A program made the translations under genes and the position numbers. Below the pieces are notes generated by a model, which saw only the letters and a program-made list of their open reading frames with translations, did not search any database and was not told the DNA's origin. Below are positions 44,987-53,127 of a stretch of DNA of 64,000 nt, piece by piece; position 1 is the first letter of the stretch; each line of letters begins with the position of its first letter. This DNA is from Polyangiaceae bacterium (GTDB lineage: Bacteria > Myxococcota_A > Polyangia > Polyangiales > Polyangiaceae), in contig JBNLEN010000008.1 in assembly GCA_050304975.1 (NCBI GenBank), positions 10,126 through 74,125 on the forward strand, written 5' to 3'.

Positions 44987-45125
44987 ATTTTTCCCATAAA
45001 AATCGGCTACTTAGAGCCTATTCCCTACCAACCCGGTCTGATAGGTGTTAAATGCCTGAGCCGGTAGGATATAGACCCTTTGAGCGGCCCCGAATTGGGG
45101 CGCGCGAAGCGACTAAGGAGACTCC

Positions 45126-46040
45126 GTGGAAACGGTGCTGCAGCAGCGACATTCCCATCTCAAGCAACTAGAGGCCGAGAGCATCTTCATCATTCGTGAG
45201 GTTGCCGCCGAGTTCGACAACCCGGTGATGCTCTACTCGATTGGCAAGGACTCCTCCGTGATGGCGCACCTAGCGCGGAAGGCGTTCTACCCCGGCAAAC
45301 CGCCGTTTCCGTTCTTGCACATCGACACGACGTGGAAGTTCAAGGAGATGATCGAGTTCCGTAACAACTTCGCCAAAGAGCACGGCATCGAAATGCTCGT
45401 GCACACCAACCAGCAGGGCGTGGAGGAGAACATCAATCCCTTCGACCACGGCAGCCAGAAGTACACCACCATCATGAAGACGCATGCGCTTCTGCAGGCT
45501 CTTGCCAAAGGTGGGTATGATGCGGCGTTTGGTGGAGCCCGCCGGGACGAGGAGAAGTCGCGAGCCAAAGAGCGCATCTACTCGTTCCGCGACAAGTTCG
45601 GGCAGTGGGATCCGAAAAACCAGCGCCCCGAGTTGTGGAATCTCTACAACAGCAAGATCACTCAGGGCGAGAGCATCCGCGCGTTTCCCCTGTCCAACTG
45701 GACTGAGCTCGACATCTGGCTCTACATCCACCTCGAGAACATTCCGATTGTGCCTCTGTATTACGCCAAGGAACGCCCCGTCGTGGAGCACAACGGTCAG
45801 TTGATCTTGGTCGATGACGAACGAATCCCGCTGGAAGGCAAAGAACCCAAGATGGAGATGGTGCGCTTCCGCACGCTCGGCTGCTACCCGCTCACGGCAG
45901 CGGATCGCTCCAGCGCGACGACGTTGCCCGAAATCATCAAAGAAATGTTGCTCACCCGCCATTCAGAGCGCGCCGGTCGATTGATTGACTACGACGAAGA
46001 AGGCTCGATGGAGGCCAAGAAGCGAGAGGGATACTTCTGA
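45126..46040 (+). CDS. cysD: Sulfate adenylyltransferase subunit 2
   Basis: GTG start with AAGGAG 5 nt upstream. Motifs: [27 protein letters not shown] (PP-loop), [41 protein letters not shown]. The stop overlaps the cysN ATG (TGATG). Confidence 0.95.
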   Translation: METVLQQRHSHLKQLEAESIFIIREVAAEFDNPVMLYSIGKDSSVMAHLARKAFYPGKPPFPFLHIDTTWKFKEMIEFRNNFAKEHGIEMLVHTNQQGVEENINPFDHGSQKYTTIMKTHALLQALAKGGYDAAFGGARRDEEKSRAKERIYSFRDKFGQWDPKNQRPELWNLYNSKITQGESIRAFPLSNWTELDIWLYIHLENIPIVPLYYAKERPVVEHNGQLILVDDERIPLEGKEPKMEMVRFRTLGCYPLTAADRSSATTLPEIIKEMLLTRHSERAGRLIDYDEEGSMEAKKREGYF

Positions 46041-47830
46041 TGTCCTACACGGAAATCAACCCCGAGCAGATCGACGAGTATCTCGAGCAGCACCAACAGA
46101 AGGAGCTGTTGCGCTTCGTAACCGTTGGTTCTGTCGATGACGGTAAGTCCACCCTGATCGGTCGACTGCTGCACGACACCAAAGGTGTTTACGAAGATCA
46201 GCTGAGTGCCGTCAAAAAGGCTTCATCTCAAGGTGAGATGGAGATTGATTTTTCTTTGTTCACGGACGGGCTCAAGGCCGAGCGTGAGCAAGGCATCACG
46301 ATTGACGTTGCTTACCGCTACTTCTCCACTGCCAATCGCAAGTTCATCATCGCTGATACTCCCGGGCACGTGCAGTACACGCGCAACATGGCCACGGGCG
46401 CGTCCACGGCGAACGTGGGGGTAATTCTGATCGATGCTCGCCTAGGCGTGATCCAACAGTCGCGCCGCCACGCGTACATCGCGTCATTGTTGGGAATTCC
46501 GCACCTGCTGGTGGCCGTCAACAAGATGGACTTGCGCGACTACGATCAGAAGGTGTTCGACGAGATCTGCGCTGACTTTTCCAAGTTTGCCAAGCAGCTG
46601 TCGTTCAAGGACGTCAAGTTCGTCCCGATCAGCGCCAAGCTAGGCGATAACGTCGTTCACAAGAGCGAACGCACGCCTTGGTACGACGCCGGTACCTTCT
46701 TGGAGTACCTGGAAACGGTACCGATTGCGCGCGACCGCAACTACCGAGACTTCCGCTTCCCAGTGCAATACGTCTTGCGTCCCAACTTGGACTACCGCGG
46801 TTTTGCCGGCGAGGTCGCCTCAGGCGCCGTCAAGAAAGGCGATATCGTGATGGCGCTGCCATCGCGCAAGCAATCCAAGGTGGCCGCGATCGACACCTTT
46901 GAGGGAGAGCTCAAGAGCGCTTTCGCTTCGCAGGCCGTCACCATTCGGCTGGAAGACGAAATTGACATCAGTCGCGGCGACATGCTGGTGCGGCCAGACA
47001 ACCTCCCGCACAGCAGCCGGCGTTTCCAAGCCGACGTGGTTTGGATGAGCGAAAAGCCGCTCGACCGAAACAAGTCCTATCTGCTCAAGTGCACGACGCA
47101 GATGGTCCGGGTCAACGTCGAATCCGTCGACTCGGTCGTCGATCTGGAAACTTTGGATCGGCATCAAGCGCCCACGTTGGAGCTGAACGACATCGGTCAG
47201 CTCCACCTGGTGTGTCATCGCCCGATCCAGTTCGATCCATACCAAGAGAACCGCACGACCGGCGCCTTCATTCTGATCGATTCCATCAGCAACAATACGG
47301 TCGCTGCCGGCATGATTGTGGGCGCGGCATCCAGCCATTCGGTCTCTCCTGGCTCCTTGAGTGACCGGCCTCCCGTGGCAGGTCAAGTCAGCAACAAAGA
47401 GCGCAGCGACCGTCTCGGACAGGTCGGCGCATGTTTGGTCGTGACGGGCCACAAGCCCGACGAAACGGCCTACGCCATCGAGCGCGCGTTGTATGACAAC
47501 AACCGAGTCGGCACCGTGCTCGATCCGAGTGACGAGATCTCTTCAGCGTTTGGAGAGCCCAGTGCGGCAGTGCTGAAACAATCGGTACTGCGCTTGACGC
47601 AGGTGGGAGCCGTGGCCTTGGTTTCCGCGAAACTGACGGACGCGGAGCTGGAGAGTCTCAAGCGGGCAATGCCTGAGCGGGTACTAGCGCTCGAGGTCGG
47701 TGACGAGCTCAGCGTCGACGGCCAGCCGCTCACGTTGGCGGGCAAAGCAGTGAGCCGGGGAGATTTGGAGTCCCAAGGCCGAGCAGTGGTCGCGTTGCTG
47801 AAGCAGCGCGGTTTCTTGCTCGACGACTAG
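46040..47830 (+). CDS. cysN: Sulfate adenylyltransferase subunit 1 (GTPase) fused to a degenerate APS-kinase-like C-terminal domain
   Basis: G-domain: GSVDDGKSTLIGRLL, DTPGH, NKMD. EF-Tu-like beta-barrels run to about residue 440. The C-terminal 150 aa aligns in pattern with CysC (ERSDRLGQVGACLVVTG...AIERALYDNNRVGTVLD) but has GHKPDET where the P-loop GLSGSGKST is expected. Confidence 0.9.
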   Translation: MSYTEINPEQIDEYLEQHQQKELLRFVTVGSVDDGKSTLIGRLLHDTKGVYEDQLSAVKKASSQGEMEIDFSLFTDGLKAEREQGITIDVAYRYFSTANRKFIIADTPGHVQYTRNMATGASTANVGVILIDARLGVIQQSRRHAYIASLLGIPHLLVAVNKMDLRDYDQKVFDEICADFSKFAKQLSFKDVKFVPISAKLGDNVVHKSERTPWYDAGTFLEYLETVPIARDRNYRDFRFPVQYVLRPNLDYRGFAGEVASGAVKKGDIVMALPSRKQSKVAAIDTFEGELKSAFASQAVTIRLEDEIDISRGDMLVRPDNLPHSSRRFQADVVWMSEKPLDRNKSYLLKCTTQMVRVNVESVDSVVDLETLDRHQAPTLELNDIGQLHLVCHRPIQFDPYQENRTTGAFILIDSISNNTVAAGMIVGAASSHSVSPGSLSDRPPVAGQVSNKERSDRLGQVGACLVVTGHKPDETAYAIERALYDNNRVGTVLDPSDEISSAFGEPSAAVLKQSVLRLTQVGAVALVSAKLTDAELESLKRAMPERVLALEVGDELSVDGQPLTLAGKAVSRGDLESQGRAVVALLKQRGFLLDD

Positions 47831-47841
47831 ATCTCCCTCGA

Positions 47842-47880
47842 GCGGGGGCTGGCTCTAGCCCCCGCACTCACATCTCTTAT
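47842..47880 (+). terminator. Likely intrinsic terminator after cysN
   Basis: The 9-bp GC stem GCGGGGGCT (47842-47850) pairs perfectly with AGCCCCCGC (47857-47865), with loop ggctct. It is followed by the AT-richer tract actcacatctcttattt. The U-run is not immediately adjacent. Confidence 0.5.
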
Positions 47881-47926
47881 TTAAGAGTCTCTTATTCAGA
47901 GGCGACGGGCAGCCGTTGTGGCATGC

Positions 47927-48628
47927 ATGCACCGGGGACGCATCAGTGGCCGTCGCCTGACCGTGACGTCGGCTGCGGCCAAGCTCCGCAATTTTCCCCG
48001 TTTGGTTTTGCCCCACCTGGCGATCGCACTGGCGGCGGCTTGCGCGTTCGACGCCGACGACCGCTGCGGCGCTCACCAAAGCTTCAATGACGTGCTCAAC
48101 GTCTGCGAATGTGACTCCGGATACGCGCTGGACGGGGAAGAGTGCGTGCGCTGCGGCGACAACGAAGTACCCGCTGATGGACAGTGCGTTTGTGAACCGG
48201 GATTCGTTCGTTCGGAGGAGGGCGACTGTGAACCTGCGGGAGGCGACCTATCGATGGAGTGCGAGCCTGAGTCCTCGGACTGCGCCGGTGAGTACTCCTT
48301 TTGCGCCCTAGCCCCAGCCGGTGATGGGTACTGCACGGCCGCTGACTGCGAGAGCAGCGACGATTGCCCCGACGGGTTCACTTGCACCACCTGGGAGGCC
48401 AGCCCCTTTTGCATGCGCCCCCCGACTGGCTTGGGTGATGAGTGCGACAGCCATGAAGATTGTGAGGGCAATGACGCCAGCTTTTGTGAGTCACTGTTGA
48501 ATCGGGCGTGTGTGGTGGCGGGCTGCGACCTAGAGCTGGAAGATTGTTCCGATGGCTTTGAGTGCTGTGATATCAGTGCCTTTGGAGTCGAGGACACGCT
48601 GTGCGTACCAGAGGGTCGCTGCCCATGA
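47927..48628 (+). CDS. Acidic cysteine-rich secreted protein or lipoprotein (EGF/disulfide-knot-like repeats)
   Basis: The signal-like LVLPHLAIALAAACAF is followed by repeated C-x-C and D/E-rich units (CECDSGYALDGEECVRCG, CVCEPGFVRSEEGDCE, CESSDDCPDGFTC, CDSHEDCEGNDASFC, CDLELEDCSDGFECC). The stop overlaps the next gene's ATG (ATGA at 48625-48628). Confidence 0.7.
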   Translation: MHRGRISGRRLTVTSAAAKLRNFPRLVLPHLAIALAAACAFDADDRCGAHQSFNDVLNVCECDSGYALDGEECVRCGDNEVPADGQCVCEPGFVRSEEGDCEPAGGDLSMECEPESSDCAGEYSFCALAPAGDGYCTAADCESSDDCPDGFTCTTWEASPFCMRPPTGLGDECDSHEDCEGNDASFCESLLNRACVVAGCDLELEDCSDGFECCDISAFGVEDTLCVPEGRCP

Positions 48629-50160
48629 GTCGCTGGCTCCCGGCTCTGGCGCTGATCTGGCCCGCGTTTTGCGCCTCAACCGCGTTCGCTCAGCCTGCAC
48701 CTGAGCCTACGGAACCCATCGTCGAAGAAGCTGCACCTGCTGATCGAGAAACAGCTGATCGAGAAACAGCTACTGAGGAGCCTTCGGAGCCGCCAGAAAG
48801 CGACTCCCCCGCGCCGCCTGTTTCCGAGGAAGCAGCTCCTGCGGAGGCCGCTACCGCCAGCAACGACGAGTCCGAACTAACAGGCAGAGCACCCGGTGAC
48901 CGCGCCGAGGGGGCTGAAACCGACCTGAGCGGCGAGGCCGAGAATTCCGAGGTCGAGAATTCCGAGGTCGAGGCGATCTTGGAAGACCTGGCGGCGGATG
49001 AAGCCGCCGAAGAAGTGACTGAGCATCCGTTGGACATCTACGGCTTCGCCGCGTTCACCTTTGATGTCCCCCTCTACGACTCCGACAGCGTGTTCGTGGC
49101 CCGCGGCTTAGGCGCATATCCCCATTTCCAGGTATCCTCTTTGAACCTGTACGTAGGCAAGCGTCTGGACGACGTTTGGAGTTTCTTGGGCGAAGTGCGC
49201 TTCCTCTACAGCCCCAATGGCGACGAGGATCCGGAAAACCCCACCAATCGGATCCGCACGGTCGCCGCTGACAGCGCCGACGTCCAGCGTCCTCTACGCT
49301 ATGGTTCGATAGAAATTGAGCGCGTGCACGCCGACGCCAACATTCATGAACTCTTGTCGCTGCGGGTCGGTCAATGGTTGACGCCTTACGGCATCTGGAA
49401 CATCGACCACGGCCATCCCGTGGTGGTCGCCATCCGACGGCCGTACATTGTTGGCGAGGAGCTTTTTCCCGAGCGACAAGTGGGGCTGTTGGCATCAGGC
49501 GGCGTGTTCTTCGACGCATTTCGCTTCGGCTATTCTTTCGGCCTGTCCAATGGTCGTGGTCCGCTTGACGCCCAACGCGACTTGGACTCCAACAAGGCGC
49601 TCACCGCCAGGCTGGAAGCGCGTTACCGGGGCGACTTCACCCTGACCGTTGGGGGCTCCTACTACCGGGGCACGTACACGGATGCAGGATTTCCCGAGCT
49701 GGACGTGGCCAACGAGCGAACGGTCACTGAAACCCTCGAAAGCTATGAGGAGCAATCCATCGGTGCTGACCTGCAGCTGGACTGGGATTCGCTCGAGCTG
49801 CGCGCCGAATTCGCTCACAACGAGCAGATCTACCAAGACGGCCGACGTCGATTGATCGCCCCGGGTCAGCTCTCACCTGACCGCAAACGCACCGGAATGT
49901 ATGGGCTGGTTGGCTACCGCACGCCGCTGTGGGGGCTGATGCCCTACGTTCTGTACGAACACTACTTGCTGGGAGATGACCCGGCGCTCCCGCAGATCAA
50001 ACGCATCGCCGCCTACCACGCTGGGCTCAATCTCCGTCCTTGGCCCCGCGTCACGTTCAAGGCGGAATACGTGCGCGCCGAATTCGTCGACGCGATCGAC
50101 ATCGTCGAGCAAGCCAGTCCTCTCGAGGTGCTCGACTTCCAACTGGCCGTGGCATTCTGA
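48625..50160 (+). CDS. Outer-membrane beta-barrel (porin-like) protein with an acidic repeat-containing N-terminal extension
   Basis: Signal: MSRWLPALALIWPAFCASTAFAQP. About 120 aa of an E/A/D-rich region follow. The rest shows an alternating amphipathic strand pattern with aromatic girdle residues and a terminal Phe (FQLAVAF). A possible OprO/P-like family assignment is unverified. Confidence 0.65.
   Translation: MSRWLPALALIWPAFCASTAFAQPAPEPTEPIVEEAAPADRETADRETATEEPSEPPESDSPAPPVSEEAAPAEAATASNDESELTGRAPGDRAEGAETDLSGEAENSEVENSEVEAILEDLAADEAAEEVTEHPLDIYGFAAFTFDVPLYDSDSVFVARGLGAYPHFQVSSLNLYVGKRLDDVWSFLGEVRFLYSPNGDEDPENPTNRIRTVAADSADVQRPLRYGSIEIERVHADANIHELLSLRVGQWLTPYGIWNIDHGHPVVVAIRRPYIVGEELFPERQVGLLASGGVFFDAFRFGYSFGLSNGRGPLDAQRDLDSNKALTARLEARYRGDFTLTVGGSYYRGTYTDAGFPELDVANERTVTETLESYEEQSIGADLQLDWDSLELRAEFAHNEQIYQDGRRRLIAPGQLSPDRKRTGMYGLVGYRTPLWGLMPYVLYEHYLLGDDPALPQIKRIAAYHAGLNLRPWPRVTFKAEYVRAEFVDAIDIVEQASPLEVLDFQLAVAF
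48739..48768 (+). repeat. Perfect 15-bp tandem duplication (ADRET x2) in the beta-barrel N-terminal extension
   Basis: gctgatcgagaaaca occurs twice in tandem (48739-48753 and 48754-48768). Confidence 0.9.
48940..48969 (+). repeat. Perfect 15-bp tandem duplication (ENSEV x2) in the beta-barrel N-terminal extension
   Basis: gagaattccgaggtc occurs twice in tandem (48940-48954 and 48955-48969). Confidence 0.9.
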
Positions 50161-50191
50161 GGTGCAAGACTTGCTCAAAGCGAACCGCCGC

Positions 50192-50656
50192 ATGTTGCTG
50201 CTAGGCTTGTGCTCCGTCGCGGCTGCCGAGCTCTCGCGCACCCACCAGGCCGGGGCCCAATCGAATCGCAAGTTGGTCGTGATCGTGTCCTCCAAATCGG
50301 ACATTCACGACATCAGCCTGCGCGAATTGAGACAGCTGTTTCTTTCGGAGATGCGAAACATCGGCGGAAGCGACCGCACCCCGCTCAATCATCCGCCCAA
50401 GACGTCAGCGCGGATCCAGTTTGACCAGACGGTATTGCGAATGAATCCGGACCAGGTTGCCAGATACTGGATTGACCGCCGCATCCGAGGCCAGATGGGA
50501 CCACCTAAGAGCGCTTCGGCAGCGCTGGTTCCGCGCGTGGTCAGTCGCTTGAAGAATGCGATCGGCTACGTCTTCGAGACAGATCTTGTCGCCGGCGTCC
50601 GCGCGCTTTCAGTCGACGGCAAGTCCCCGAATTCCGACGGCTATCCGCTGAAGTAA
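50192..50656 (+). CDS. Small periplasmic PstS/PBP-like domain protein
   Basis: MLLLGLCSVAAAELSRTHQAGAQS acts as the signal. Then KLVVIVSSKSDIHDISLRELRQLF, VARYWIDRRIRGQMGPP and NAIGYVFE resemble short phosphate-binding-protein-like domains. The start is either the ATG at 50192 or the GTG at 50162. The ORF-track N-terminus (49976) overlaps the porin gene and is rejected. Confidence 0.55.
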   Translation: MLLLGLCSVAAAELSRTHQAGAQSNRKLVVIVSSKSDIHDISLRELRQLFLSEMRNIGGSDRTPLNHPPKTSARIQFDQTVLRMNPDQVARYWIDRRIRGQMGPPKSASAALVPRVVSRLKNAIGYVFETDLVAGVRALSVDGKSPNSDGYPLK

Positions 50657-50717
50657 TGAGTTTTCTGCGCTATTGAGTTTTCGGCTCTGACATGACACCC
50701 TCCGCCGCTGGAGGCAC

Positions 50718-51584
50718 ATGACGAAGTTTCAGCTCGGTTTCGCTCTCAGCGCTATGGTTCTCTGCTGCGGCAGCTTGTTCGGCTGCGGATACTCGGAGGA
50801 TGAGTGGCAGGCGCAACTAGCCAAGTATTCCGACCTCGAGGCTCAGCACGCCAACGAAAAACGTGAACACGCCGCGGCTCGCGAGGAACTGGAAGCAGCC
50901 CAAAAACGCGTGCAAGATCTGATGGCGGAATTGCAGAAGCTCGGCGTGGATGTCGATCAGCTGGCGCAGCAACTCGAGCAGGAAGGCAGTGAGAAAGAGC
51001 GTCTCGCAGCCGATCTCGACCAGACCAAGCTGGCGCTCGCTGAATACATGAAGCGCGCCGAACAACTGGAGCGCATCAAGCGTCGCTTCGAAACCCTGCG
51101 CAAGAAGCTGCAAAAGCTCACCAACCTGGGTCTGAAGGTGCAGATCCGCCACAACCGCATGGTCATTTCGCTTCCCGGCGACGTGCTGTTCGCCAGCGGC
51201 CGAGACGATTTGAAAGCGGAAGGCAAAGACGTGCTGACGGCCGTCGCCGAAGTCATTCGCAACGACTCCCAACTCAGCAAGCGCTACTTCCAAGTTGCAG
51301 GCCACACCGACAACAAGCCCCTGCGGGCAGGCACCCGCTTCCGTGACAACTGGGGCCTATCCGCGATGCGGGGGCGTCAGGTACTCGTGTTCCTGATTTC
51401 CCCAGTTGATGACAAGGATGGCGGTGGGGGACTCGACCCTCGGCGCCTACATGCCGCAGGCTATGGCGACACCGATCCAGTGGCTGACAATTCGACCGAC
51501 GAAGGCCGACAAAGCAACCGCCGCGTCGAGCTGGTGCTGATGCCGGACGTCGAAGAAATGCTCGATCTCAAGTCCCTGCTCTAG
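50718..51584 (+). CDS. OmpA/MotB-family peptidoglycan-binding lipoprotein with an N-terminal coiled coil
   Basis: GGAGG lies 5 nt upstream of the ATG. Lipobox: LCCGSLFGCG. About 110 aa are heptad-rich (ELEAAQKRVQDLMAELQKL...). OmpA-C: FQVAGHTDNKPL, NWGLSAMRGRQVLVFL, GYGDTDPVADNSTDEGRQSNRRVELVLMP. Confidence 0.9.
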   Translation: MTKFQLGFALSAMVLCCGSLFGCGYSEDEWQAQLAKYSDLEAQHANEKREHAAAREELEAAQKRVQDLMAELQKLGVDVDQLAQQLEQEGSEKERLAADLDQTKLALAEYMKRAEQLERIKRRFETLRKKLQKLTNLGLKVQIRHNRMVISLPGDVLFASGRDDLKAEGKDVLTAVAEVIRNDSQLSKRYFQVAGHTDNKPLRAGTRFRDNWGLSAMRGRQVLVFLISPVDDKDGGGGLDPRRLHAAGYGDTDPVADNSTDEGRQSNRRVELVLMPDVEEMLDLKSLL

Positions 51585-51690
51585 GCGGTGCCAGGGCCTG
51601 CATACCTGCTCGCGCGGGAATTTCCATTGGGCGAGCGGTTCCGTCGCCCACCTGAAACCCGCGCCAAAGCTGACGCGTAGCGCGTCATTG

Positions 51691-52365
51691 ATGGAACTGG
51701 CCGCGACGCTAGAAATGTTGTCCGCGCACAACCCACACGAGATGGCTGGCGCTCAGGGGCCCAAACCCGTAAAACCGACCGCGTTGAGCAGTCGCGGCAC
51801 CACAGACGCTTCGGGCGAAGCCAGCGTGGAAACGCTCATGGCGAGGTACGTCGCGGGAGACGCGCCCGCGTTCGATGAACTGTATCGGCGAGTATCCCCG
51901 AAACTGTTTGGATACCTGCTACGTCTCACCAAACACCGAGAACGCGCAGAGGATCTGCTGCAGATCACCTTCACCAAGATGCATCGAGCGCGCGCCAGCT
52001 ACTTGCAGGGCGCTCCGCTGCTGCCGTGGCTGTTGGCGATCGCGCGGCGCTCTTTCTACGATGAGGTACGCGCTGGCAAGAGCCGCCGAGAAGACCTGAG
52101 CCACGATGGCACGCTTCCCGAGCCAAAACAGGTGGAAGACGAAGTTCCCCTCGACATCTCCGATGCCTTGGAGCAAGCCCTTGATGCACTGCCTGAAGCC
52201 TATCGAGAGGCTATCCAACTGACCAAGATCACCGGTCTCAGTATGGCGGAAGCCGCCACCGTTCTAGGAACCACCCCCACCGCGATGAAGCTGCGGGTGC
52301 ACCGCGGTTACAAGGCTCTCCGAGATACTCTGGAAAAATACGGCGACCACGGCGATAACCCATGA
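51691..52365 (+). CDS. ECF-type RNA polymerase sigma-70 family factor
   Basis: Region 2: FDELYRRVSPKLFGYLLRLTKHRERAEDLLQITF. Region 4: LPEAYREAIQLTKITGLSMAEAATVLGTTPTAMKLRVHRG. The exact start is uncertain, with candidates at 51691, 51715 and 51742. Confidence 0.88.
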   Translation: MELAATLEMLSAHNPHEMAGAQGPKPVKPTALSSRGTTDASGEASVETLMARYVAGDAPAFDELYRRVSPKLFGYLLRLTKHRERAEDLLQITFTKMHRARASYLQGAPLLPWLLAIARRSFYDEVRAGKSRREDLSHDGTLPEPKQVEDEVPLDISDALEQALDALPEAYREAIQLTKITGLSMAEAATVLGTTPTAMKLRVHRGYKALRDTLEKYGDHGDNP

Positions 52366-53066
52366 ACCAGTCCGACGACAGCTTTGACGATCTGCTAGCG
52401 CAGCTGGACACGAATGCCAGCGGGCCTTCTGCGCGGGTCACTAGCAATATTCGTCAGCAATGTGCGGGCAACTTGGAGCCCACGTCCAGCATGAGCCGCA
52501 CGACGCGGGTGCTGCTGTGCGCTGCGCTCGCGCTCGCTGTGGTACTCAGCTTGGCCTTCGCTTTCGCGGGCGATGGCGTGCATGAAATCACCGTCGGCGC
52601 CATTTATGGCACGGCTGGTTGGGCCACCGTGATGCTGGGCGTGCTGGCTGCGGGTTTTGGCAACCAACGCGCCGGCAACAAGCTGCTGCGCGTTGGGCTG
52701 GCTCTAGGGGTTCCGCTGCTCTATTTCGTGTACCTCACCCTGTGCCGGACCGGCTGGCTTCCGCTGAATGAGTTTCTTACCCACGACACCCACTGCGCGC
52801 AGACCTTGAACTGTGGCGCCATGGCTTTGATGTTGGGCGCCGTGTCGTCCGCGGGAGTGCTGTACGTCTGGAGGCGTTCCGATCCGTTCAATCCGACGCT
52901 GTCTGGAGCTCTCGCCGGCCTCATCGGCGGTCTTGCCGGCGCGCTGTCGACGGGGCTGATTTGCCCGGGCAGTGAAGGTTGGCACCTATGGCTAGGACAC
53001 GGGCTGAGCGTGCTGGCTCTGGTGGTGCTTGGCAGCCTGCTCGGGCGTCGAGTGCTTGCTCCGTAA
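52362..53066 (+). CDS. Multi-pass membrane anti-sigma factor candidate (NrsF/DUF1109-like topology)
   Basis: The start overlaps the sigma gene stop (ATGA at 52362-52365). A short cytoplasmic N-terminus is followed by about six hydrophobic helices. The family assignment rests on position and topology only. Confidence 0.5.
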   Translation: MNQSDDSFDDLLAQLDTNASGPSARVTSNIRQQCAGNLEPTSSMSRTTRVLLCAALALAVVLSLAFAFAGDGVHEITVGAIYGTAGWATVMLGVLAAGFGNQRAGNKLLRVGLALGVPLLYFVYLTLCRTGWLPLNEFLTHDTHCAQTLNCGAMALMLGAVSSAGVLYVWRRSDPFNPTLSGALAGLIGGLAGALSTGLICPGSEGWHLWLGHGLSVLALVVLGSLLGRRVLAP

Positions 53067-53127
53067 GCGGATGAACAGCAGCCTCACCCATTGCACGGCG
53101 CTTCCTGAGTGGCGTCCGCGTAAATCC

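Noticed and set aside
45270-45962. A 230-aa minus-strand ORF inside cysD.
   Set aside because: It is antisense to an unmistakable CysD coding frame and has no recognisable motif. It is a shadow ORF.
49976-50191. The upstream part of ORF 49976-50656, overlapping the 3' end of the beta-barrel gene.
   Set aside because: The overlapping segment is Ser/Arg/Thr-rich shadow sequence. A signal-peptide-like start (GTG 50162 or ATG 50192) follows directly after the barrel's stop.
51620-51660. A possible ECF-type autoregulatory promoter (GGAAT ... CCGTC) upstream of the sigma factor gene.
   Set aside because: The spacer is about 20 nt rather than the usual 16-17, and the -35 element is imperfect. This is not supportable by eye.
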